Below are positions 18,524 through 26,214 of a stretch of 64,000 nucleotides of DNA, in pieces. Position numbers and translations under genes: made by a program. The notes under the pieces are model-generated. The model was not told the origin of the DNA. It ran no database searches and was given only the letters and a program-made list of their open reading frames with translations. Each line of letters opens with the position of its first letter. Within the stretch, counting starts at the first letter, position 1. The DNA comes from an uncultured Planctomycetales bacterium (GTDB taxonomy: Bacteria > Planctomycetota > Phycisphaerae > UBA1845 > PWPN01). Location: positions 36,916-100,915 of the forward strand of contig CAZPIO010000009.1 in assembly GCA_964586235.1 (NCBI GenBank). Reading direction: 5' to 3'.

Positions 18524-21500
18524 ATGGGATCTCAAATGAGACGGCATCACAGGCAAGTGACGTGTGTTGGGTTAATCAGCCTGGTGCTGGCCACCGGCGC
18601 GATGGTCCAGGCCGGGGTGGTGCTGGACGATCCGCTGCAGGGTTCCACCAAAGGAATCCAGGATGGTGGGACCTTCGATTCGGGCGGCTGGAGGGTTACA
18701 GGCGATTATGACTCTATCATTTGGCATCTGCCGCACACTGTGAGCAAGGGTGCCGCCGAGTTCTATGTTAAAGGGATAGACTCGAACTATCCGCACAAGA
18801 CGGAGCACTTCCACATGTACGACTACACGTGGTACAACTCCGACTATCAGTACGGCGACCCCGGCTACAGGAACAATCCCTACAAGCATTTCGTCAGGAA
18901 GACCGGAACCGACGATGCGGCCAGAAACGGTTCCTGCGAGATCGTCTACGCCACCCCCCTGGAATGGTTCGAGTTGGACACGGCGGTGTTCTCCTGGTCC
19001 ACGGACACAAACTACAAAGTTCGCATCGAGTGGGGGCCGGAGGGCGACAACACTCGCCTCAAGGTTTTCAGAGACGGCGTCCAGATGCTCAGCGAAGCGA
19101 TCGCAGGCAACTATGTTCCCACCGGACACAGTGTCCGGCTCGGGGCAAGCCCGAGGAGAGCCGGTGAGGGCTCGGAAATCGGTGCCGTATACAGCTATCT
19201 CAAGGTCTGGGATTTGTCGAGTTACGTTCCTGATCCTCCGACGGTGAGTCTTCCGGCGAATGGAGAAACGATCAGGAGCAACCTGGCATTCATCAAATGG
19301 ACGGGCGACAGCCATACTGATTACCAGGTGAGGATCTGTACCGCAGATAACCCCGAGGCAGGCATCATATGGGATTCACAAGAGGTAACCTCCATCCGTG
19401 ACTGGGCATGGACAGGCACCCTGTCCAACCTGGCCAACTACTACGTCTATGTCAGGCTGGGGAACTCCGGGGACTGGAGCGACTGGAGCGCCGCGGGCCG
19501 CTGGTTCCGAGTGGATAATTCATACAATGACTCCAACAACGTGAAAGTCCAGGGCAACAGCCTGAAAGACGGCAACGGACCGTTCCTGGGTTTCGGCTGG
19601 ACCTACATGGCGGCCATGTGGATGTGCAGGAACGACCGGGCGGGATTCCAGAGCGACCTGGATTTCATGAATGACAAGGGTTTCAACTACATGCGGATTC
19701 TGTCGGAGGTGCCCGGAGCCTGCTCGAGCTGCTACTGGTGGGGCCGCAGCATCAACGCGAGCACTTACCAATGCCAGCACGGTGCCTGGGCAAATCCGTG
19801 GTCGGATTACGATCAGCAGCTCAAGGACTGCATCGATATCGCCTACGACCAGTATGGGATCAGAACGGAAGTGACCATTTTCGGCGGCGCCGGCGAGTCA
19901 TTCCCGACATACGCGGCCCGACAGGCACACTGCCAGCGGGTATTGGACAGTCTTGTGGGACGGGAGCACAAGGTGATCCAGATCGAAGTGGCCAACGAGG
20001 CCTGGCAGACGGGTTTCCCCGGTTCGCAGGGCATAGCCGACCTGCGGAGCCTGGCGGCGTATCTCGCGGCCCGCACCTCGATTCCCGTTTCACTCAGCGC
20101 CACCTGCGGGACTAATGATGATCTGCTGACGTTATACAGCGGGAGCGCAGCGGATATCACCACGGAGCATTTCAGCAGGGACCTGGGAACGTCTGAAGGT
20201 CATTGGTATCCGGTACGGGATTGCTGGCGGGTGGGAACGCTGTATCCGACGATAGCGCCGGTCAGCAGCAATGAGCCGATCGGCCCCGGTTCCTCGGTCA
20301 ACAGCGAAGACCATCCGATTCACATCGCCTCGGCCGCCGTTTTCGCCTGGACGGCAAACCTGCCCATGTACGTGTTTCATTCGCGGGCCGGTGTTCGCCG
20401 CGACGTGCCCTTCCAGAACATGGCCGGAGTAAACGAGCTGGTGTACCTGCGGCAGATACTGCCGCCGGACCTGGCCAGTTGGGTCAGAAACGACGGGATC
20501 GAGGGTTCCGCACCGTTTACCGTCTTCTGCAACGGCCAGGCGAACAAGTACTGGACCGATGTAGTTGGAGCCAGCACCGGATGCCACAGGAGCATCGGCG
20601 GGATCAAGGCTGGGGAGTTTGTCTGCTATCCGCAGGGGATACTCGACGGAGGGGTCACCCTGCAGGCCCGACGAAACGTGAGCTTCACCATCTACAATCC
20701 GCTCACGGGTGTAACCGTCGATACCATGACCAGGAACGCCGGTGAGCAGTTCAATCTACCGAAGGGGCCGGAAGCCTACATCATCAAGGGCATCTTCACC
20801 GACATCATCGGACCACCTGACCAAGCCTCCATCGATCTGGGCGACCCCGACGTGCAGGACTGCATGGCCCTGGTCCCGGTCGGCGACGGCGACACGGTCG
20901 TGGCCACGGTCGGCGGCCGGACCTGCCGCAAGAGCGACCAGCCTGACGATGACTATTACTTCTACTTCGCCGTCTGCGATGCCTTCGCCTATGAGGGCAG
21001 CCGGCCGGATCTCTGGATCAGCTTCGACTACTACGACTACGACACCGGCACCATCACCCTGCAGTACGACTCCGTCGCCGGGATCGGTCAGCCTGGCGGG
21101 GATGCCACCCATTACGTAAACGGCGGCAGCGTCACCCTGACCAACAGCAACCCCCCGACCTGGAAGCACGCGAAGTTCCACTTGACCGATGCCGGCTTCA
21201 ACAATGGCCAGAACGGAAACGCCGACTTCCGCCTCGGGAAGCTCTGGGGCCCGTCCTGGCCAGCCAAGCAGCCGTTCTACATCGACAAGGTGTGGGTCAC
21301 GGCCGAGGAACCGGTGCCTCCGGTCATCGACGAAGTGGCTCCCGATCCAAGGATCGTCGCCGTCGGCACCGCGTACACCGAGCCGTTGAGCCTGGCCCAG
21401 GGCACGTTGCCGGTGAGTTGGTCGGTGGTCGAAGGTCCGGCGGGTCTGCAGGTGAGCTCGAGCGGCCTGGTCAGCGGGTGGACACCCGGTATCGCCGACC

Positions 21501-21778
21501 TGGGCGAGCATACGATCACGGTCAAGGCGGAGAACTTCGAGGGCTGGGATCCCGAAACCTGGGTGGTGCAGGTGACCTCCAACAAAGATTTCGACCTCGA
21601 CGGCGACGTGGACCAGGCGGACTTCGGCCTGTTTCAGCGTTGCCTGTCAGGCGACGGAATCGGCTATCCGGACGGCTGTGCCCCCGCTGACCTGAGCGGG
21701 GACGGCGACGTCGATCAAAGCGACTTCAACCTGTTCTGGGCGTGCATGGCCGGCTCCGGCCGGCCGCCAGGGTGTTAA
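18524..21778 (+). CDS. secreted putative clan GH-A-like glycoside hydrolase with LamG-like N-domain, WDS module, X module, Ig-like domain and dockerin-like tail
   Basis: ATG 18524 with AAGGAG (18512-18517) 6 nt upstream; the track ORF starts at a TTG at 18497 that overlaps the previous stop. Signal peptide ...VTCVGLISLVLATGAMVQAG. The motif VIQIEVANEAWQ includes ANE at 19991-19999. WDS module 19229-19516, X module 20831-21301, Ig-like domain 21302-21586, tail 21587-21775. Confidence 0.85.
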   Translation: MGSQMRRHHRQVTCVGLISLVLATGAMVQAGVVLDDPLQGSTKGIQDGGTFDSGGWRVTGDYDSIIWHLPHTVSKGAAEFYVKGIDSNYPHKTEHFHMYDYTWYNSDYQYGDPGYRNNPYKHFVRKTGTDDAARNGSCEIVYATPLEWFELDTAVFSWSTDTNYKVRIEWGPEGDNTRLKVFRDGVQMLSEAIAGNYVPTGHSVRLGASPRRAGEGSEIGAVYSYLKVWDLSSYVPDPPTVSLPANGETIRSNLAFIKWTGDSHTDYQVRICTADNPEAGIIWDSQEVTSIRDWAWTGTLSNLANYYVYVRLGNSGDWSDWSAAGRWFRVDNSYNDSNNVKVQGNSLKDGNGPFLGFGWTYMAAMWMCRNDRAGFQSDLDFMNDKGFNYMRILSEVPGACSSCYWWGRSINASTYQCQHGAWANPWSDYDQQLKDCIDIAYDQYGIRTEVTIFGGAGESFPTYAARQAHCQRVLDSLVGREHKVIQIEVANEAWQTGFPGSQGIADLRSLAAYLAARTSIPVSLSATCGTNDDLLTLYSGSAADITTEHFSRDLGTSEGHWYPVRDCWRVGTLYPTIAPVSSNEPIGPGSSVNSEDHPIHIASAAVFAWTANLPMYVFHSRAGVRRDVPFQNMAGVNELVYLRQILPPDLASWVRNDGIEGSAPFTVFCNGQANKYWTDVVGASTGCHRSIGGIKAGEFVCYPQGILDGGVTLQARRNVSFTIYNPLTGVTVDTMTRNAGEQFNLPKGPEAYIIKGIFTDIIGPPDQASIDLGDPDVQDCMALVPVGDGDTVVATVGGRTCRKSDQPDDDYYFYFAVCDAFAYEGSRPDLWISFDYYDYDTGTITLQYDSVAGIGQPGGDATHYVNGGSVTLTNSNPPTWKHAKFHLTDAGFNNGQNGNADFRLGKLWGPSWPAKQPFYIDKVWVTAEEPVPPVIDEVAPDPRIVAVGTAYTEPLSLAQGTLPVSWSVVEGPAGLQVSSSGLVSGWTPGIADLGEHTITVKAENFEGWDPETWVVQVTSNKDFDLDGDVDQADFGLFQRCLSGDGIGYPDGCAPADLSGDGDVDQSDFNLFWACMAGSGRPPGC

Positions 21779-21851
21779 CATGCGTCAACGATTGGCATCG
21801 GCCGTCATCATGGCTCTTTGTGCGTGTCGCGCGGAGATAGGGAGATCTTTG

Positions 21852-24800
21852 ATGAACAAGTTCTGCTTAACGTCCGCTGGTTTCGCCGTTGTCTTCATTT
21901 CTCTCTTGTTTCCTGCTGTTGTGGGAGCAGCCCCCGTACTGCCTCATGTCTACCATAGCAGCATCAATCTCAGGCCTTACGAGTGCATTGCAGCGCACAA
22001 TGTTACCTACTGGAAGAACAAGATATACATGGGAGGGGCATCAATCTGTGACGACAGAACTGTCTGGCAGATCAATGTGGCCAATCCCGACAACCTTGTA
22101 TGCGAAAGCGGCGCTGGACCCGGCTGCAAAGCGTATGGGGTTAAGGTTGTAGAGGACATTCTCTATGTCGCCAACTGGTCTACAATGATGCGGACTTACA
22201 GCGTTGCAGGCGCTATTACGCAGCTCGGTGAGTATTCCGCTCCCTTTTGGTTTGGTTGGAACATAGACGCCTCAAACAACCGGGCCTACGTTAACGAGGG
22301 TAACGAGACCCAGAGCAAACTGGTTATCATGGACGTCTCGAATCCAGCGTCGCCTAGCGTGATCTCCTATCTCCCTCTCAGCAGGGGCGGCGGGCTGACC
22401 GTCCGTGGCAGCTATGCCTACTTCACGGACGACTACAGGTTCACGATTGCCAACATCTCCGACGAGAACAATCCTTACATCCTGTCAAGCATCGACTTCG
22501 GCCATCTGCTCCTTGGAGGCGTTCAAGTGCGCGGCAACTACGCCTACATGTGCTGGAGCCAGGTTACGGATGGCGGACTGATGGTCTTTGACATTTCGAA
22601 TCCTACCGCGCCAGTACTTAAGGGACAGTTCGCCGGCGAGGGCGCGACTGACATGTGCCTCCTTGGCGATTATGCGTTTTACCCGACTTCCGGCAACGGG
22701 TTCATGACAGTAGACATATCAGATCCGACGAATCCACATGCGGTGGCACAGTCCGAAATCCCCTTCTACGCGCTGGAGCTGTGCGTAACCGGAAATGGGC
22801 GGTATGCCTACGTCGGAAGTCTCGCCGGCGACAACGAGGGATGGCTGAGCTCCTTTGAAGTTCTGGATCAGGATCCGGACAACGCCGGGCCGACCAACTG
22901 GAGCAACTGCTCGCTCAGCGAGGCATCCTGGGATCTTCAGTACGAAGGCGACGCCCTGCCGACGGCGGCCAATCCGGCGTGGACACTCGTCGAGGGCTCG
23001 GATACCTGGGCCGGCGCGTCGGGCGGCATCCTGCGAATCAACGACACCGGAACCTCGCTCGGCGACAAGGTCAAGTGGGCCCGCAGTTGGGATGCCACCA
23101 ACAGTCGCGGCACCACGGTTCTCACCCGGGCAAAATGCGCCTCCTACAGCACCGGGCCTGGCTCGATCTCGTCGCTCGTCAATCTTTCCGTCCGGGACGG
23201 CAAGTACATCGAGGACTTCTCCATCCTCTCCGACCGGATCCGGGCCGTCCGGGCGAGCCAGGAGTACTTCCTGGACGGCACCGCCTGGCATACGTACCGG
23301 ATCACCACCCAGGGTTCTCAGTTCCAGGTGTTCGTTGATGAAGCTTCAGCGGCCGTTCTCACGGCGCCGCTGTTTGTGAGCAAGGATCAGGACCCGGATG
23401 CCCGCTGGGCGCGGGTGTTGATCGGCAGCGGATCGAGTCCCGGCACACAGGACATCTCCTTCGACTATGTCCACTGTTTCTCGAACGGCGCCGTAGGGCC
23501 GAGCACCGTCGTGAACGAGTTCACTCCCACAATCAGCGCGGACGCCGCCGACGTGGCCGGGAAAGGCTCGCTCAGCGGGATCGATCCGGCCACCGCCAGG
23601 GTGCAATGGTCAACCGACGGTGGTCTCACCTGGAATTCGAGCGGCGGCATCCAGTGGCAGTGCCGCTATGAGGCAACTCTGCTGCCATCGGCGTCGACGC
23701 CGAACTGGGATGTGCCCGAGGGCAGCGAGAGTTGGGCCAGCGTCAGTTCCGGCGTACTCCGCGTCAATGACACCAGCACCGCCCCCGGCACGAAGATTAA
23801 GTGGTCGCGCGACTGGAATGCCTCTCCCGCGGTCGGGACGACGGTGGTCGCGCGGGCCCGATGTGCCTCGGTTGGCGGAGACACGACGTTCCTGGGGAAC
23901 ATCTTCGTCGAGGACGGCTCCACCGGCGAACGCTTCAAGATCATGACCGACCGGCTGGTGGCGGCCGAGACAGGGTTGACTTATCTGCTCGACGCAACGC
24001 AATGGCACGTCTACCGGATCACGACGAAGGAAGGGCAGTTCCATGTGTATGTGGATGAGAACCCCGCGCCGGTGCTGGCGGGCGTCCTCGGCATGGCGAC
24101 CTCCAATAACCGCGTCATGTTCGGGAGTGGAGCCAGCGCCGGGACACAGGACATCTACTTCGACTATGTGCGTTATACGGCCCAAGGAGGACTGCCTCCG
24201 GGCCAGGGTGATGGAGGCGGCCCCGTGACGGTGACCTGCGTTCCCAGGAGTCCGCTGGCCCCGCCCGACCGCGCCACCGTGACTGCGTATGACATCCCCT
24301 TCGTCCAGAACTCGCAGGTTCTCAACAGGGTCAGGTTCTCTCTGACTGACCTGGCGGGCAACGTCGGACTGAGCCCGATCTACGCCGTGCGGATCGCAAA
24401 CGCACCGCCCCCGGCTGTGGCCGATCTGGTGGCGGCCTCTGCCGACCGCCAGGTCACGCTCTCGTGGCAGAACCCGTCGTCCGTCGAATTCACCGGCACC
24501 ATGATCCGCTTCAGCACGACTGACTATCCAGCCGGTCCGGCCGACGGAACGCTGCTGGTGGACCGGGCGAATGCGCCCGGCTCGAATGACAGCTACGTCC
24601 ATACCGGACTGACCCGCGGCCAGACATACTACTATTCCGCGTTCGCTCACGACGCCGTCCCTAATTACGCTGTCGCCGCACATGCCAAGGGGAAGGGCTC
24701 TTTTCTGCCCGACCTTGACCTGGACGGCGACGTGGATCAGGAGGATTTCGGCCGTCTGCAGGCTTGCTTCTCCGGCTCCGGGCAAGGCTTCGAGGCCGCA

Positions 24801-24902
24801 TGCGCCGACCTGGATTTCGATACGGACGGCGATGTCGATCAGGACGATTTTGAAGTGTTCAGGGCATGCCTGGCCGGCGCCGATAGTGCGCCGGGTTGTT
24901 GA
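21852..24902 (+). CDS. secreted LVIVD-repeat beta-propeller protein with two LamG-like modules, Fn3 and dockerin-like tail
   Basis: ATG 21852 with GGGAGA 6 nt upstream; the alternative ATG 21780 abuts the previous stop. Signal peptide MNKFCLTSAGFAVVFISLLFPAVVGA. LVIVD-type repeats include KLVIMDVSNPASP, GLMVFDISNPTAP and GFMTVDISDPTNP. The duplicated modules read ILRINDTGTSLGDKVKWARSW... and VLRVNDTSTAPGTKIKWSRDW.... Fn3 at ~24405-24710, tail at 24711-24899. Confidence 0.85.
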   Translation: MNKFCLTSAGFAVVFISLLFPAVVGAAPVLPHVYHSSINLRPYECIAAHNVTYWKNKIYMGGASICDDRTVWQINVANPDNLVCESGAGPGCKAYGVKVVEDILYVANWSTMMRTYSVAGAITQLGEYSAPFWFGWNIDASNNRAYVNEGNETQSKLVIMDVSNPASPSVISYLPLSRGGGLTVRGSYAYFTDDYRFTIANISDENNPYILSSIDFGHLLLGGVQVRGNYAYMCWSQVTDGGLMVFDISNPTAPVLKGQFAGEGATDMCLLGDYAFYPTSGNGFMTVDISDPTNPHAVAQSEIPFYALELCVTGNGRYAYVGSLAGDNEGWLSSFEVLDQDPDNAGPTNWSNCSLSEASWDLQYEGDALPTAANPAWTLVEGSDTWAGASGGILRINDTGTSLGDKVKWARSWDATNSRGTTVLTRAKCASYSTGPGSISSLVNLSVRDGKYIEDFSILSDRIRAVRASQEYFLDGTAWHTYRITTQGSQFQVFVDEASAAVLTAPLFVSKDQDPDARWARVLIGSGSSPGTQDISFDYVHCFSNGAVGPSTVVNEFTPTISADAADVAGKGSLSGIDPATARVQWSTDGGLTWNSSGGIQWQCRYEATLLPSASTPNWDVPEGSESWASVSSGVLRVNDTSTAPGTKIKWSRDWNASPAVGTTVVARARCASVGGDTTFLGNIFVEDGSTGERFKIMTDRLVAAETGLTYLLDATQWHVYRITTKEGQFHVYVDENPAPVLAGVLGMATSNNRVMFGSGASAGTQDIYFDYVRYTAQGGLPPGQGDGGGPVTVTCVPRSPLAPPDRATVTAYDIPFVQNSQVLNRVRFSLTDLAGNVGLSPIYAVRIANAPPPAVADLVAASADRQVTLSWQNPSSVEFTGTMIRFSTTDYPAGPADGTLLVDRANAPGSNDSYVHTGLTRGQTYYYSAFAHDAVPNYAVAAHAKGKGSFLPDLDLDGDVDQEDFGRLQACFSGSGQGFEAACADLDFDTDGDVDQDDFEVFRACLAGADSAPGC

Positions 24903-25031
24903 TCGACTGCCTGAGCGCCCGGAGGATTGCCTCAGGGCCTGCGCGGGGATATCGTTGAAGTTGGCTGGGGCAGCTTTGTGCAAGCCGTCCCGGCTTTGTT
25001 GAGGCACCTGTTTTCATCGAGGGCGATGCAG

Positions 25032-26051
25032 ATGATCGGTCCGAGACGGACAGCTTTCTCACGCATTCATTCGCTTCTGGCCTGTACGTTGACTGGTCTG
25101 GCGATGCCCGGCCTCGGTGGTTGTGCTCCTGATGCCATGACCGGGCATCCGGCCCCGGAGCTCCATCCCGGCGACGAGAGACTCTGCCAATGCCCTCAGT
25201 GGGCGAGGGAAATCGTCCCCGAGTGGGTTAGACCGTATCTGGGAAAGTCGGGAATGCCCGAGCCGTTCCACAGCCAGGACGAACTGATCGGCAAGGAGGT
25301 CACCGGACTCGATCTCTGGCAGGCCAACAATTTCGTCACCTGCCGCGACGAGACCGCGAAGTATCTTTACACGGACTACACGCCCCTCCGTGTCCGCTAC
25401 AAGCCCGGCACCCTGCCGACGTACGAGAAAATCGTGGCCGAACAGACCGCCGGTCTCACAAACGACCGTGACAGGGCGGTGGCCCTGCTGCGGCTCGTCC
25501 CGGAGAAACTCGCGCTTCATCCATGTGTTGTACCCATGGGGCCGGAGATTCCCAAGGACCGCGGCCTCGACGATCAGGCCCTGCTGCGCAGCGGCCGGGG
25601 CTGGTGCAACGAGCAGGCCCGCGTGTTCGTGCGTCTGTGCCAGGTAGCCGGAATCCCGGCCAGGCTGATCCTCCTGTTCTACTCGCCGCCTCCGGGCGGT
25701 CATGTGATCGCCGAGTTCTACGCCGACGGCCGCTGGTCCATGGCCGATGCCAGCTTCCTGTGCGTGTTTCCTGATGCAGACGGCCACCTGATGAGCGCGG
25801 CCGAGTGCCACGGCGCGGGCAAGATGCGGGCCGGCGAAGCCTACTTCCGAAGGCTTCAGGAGATGACCACGTACTCCGACGAGCGAATGGTCGGCGCGAA
25901 GTTTCCGTTACAGCCCGACCAGGCGCAGCGCGACAGGTACGTGGCCCAGCGCGCGGAAAGCATGAGAAAGCAATACCGAACCCAGACTCCCAAGGCGTTG
26001 GCCGATCAACTCTGGGTCTTCGGGGTGATGAATTACCCGCTGCCGGAGTGA
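25032..26051 (+). CDS. transglutaminase-like (Cys-His-Asp core) lipoprotein
   Basis: GAGGG lies 8 nt upstream of ATG 25032; the alternative ATG is 25026 and the track ORF starts at 24927. The lipoprotein-type signal is ...LLACTLTGLAMPGLGGC. The catalytic-core pattern is GRGWCNEQARVF ... GGHVIAEFY ... WSMADAS. Confidence 0.8.
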   Translation: MIGPRRTAFSRIHSLLACTLTGLAMPGLGGCAPDAMTGHPAPELHPGDERLCQCPQWAREIVPEWVRPYLGKSGMPEPFHSQDELIGKEVTGLDLWQANNFVTCRDETAKYLYTDYTPLRVRYKPGTLPTYEKIVAEQTAGLTNDRDRAVALLRLVPEKLALHPCVVPMGPEIPKDRGLDDQALLRSGRGWCNEQARVFVRLCQVAGIPARLILLFYSPPPGGHVIAEFYADGRWSMADASFLCVFPDADGHLMSAAECHGAGKMRAGEAYFRRLQEMTTYSDERMVGAKFPLQPDQAQRDRYVAQRAESMRKQYRTQTPKALADQLWVFGVMNYPLPE

Positions 26052-26214
26052 GCCGGTTCTTCATCGATCGCAGCGAACACCTGCCGGGCCGGGAGTGCAG
26101 CGCGGTCACCGATGAACCACTTTTCGAGAAGCTCGGCTTCGTCATGGAAGGCAACAACGAGGCGGATCTCGGCCGCCAGGAGCGGACGCTCGACTCCGGC
26201 ACCGCCGGGCTTGG

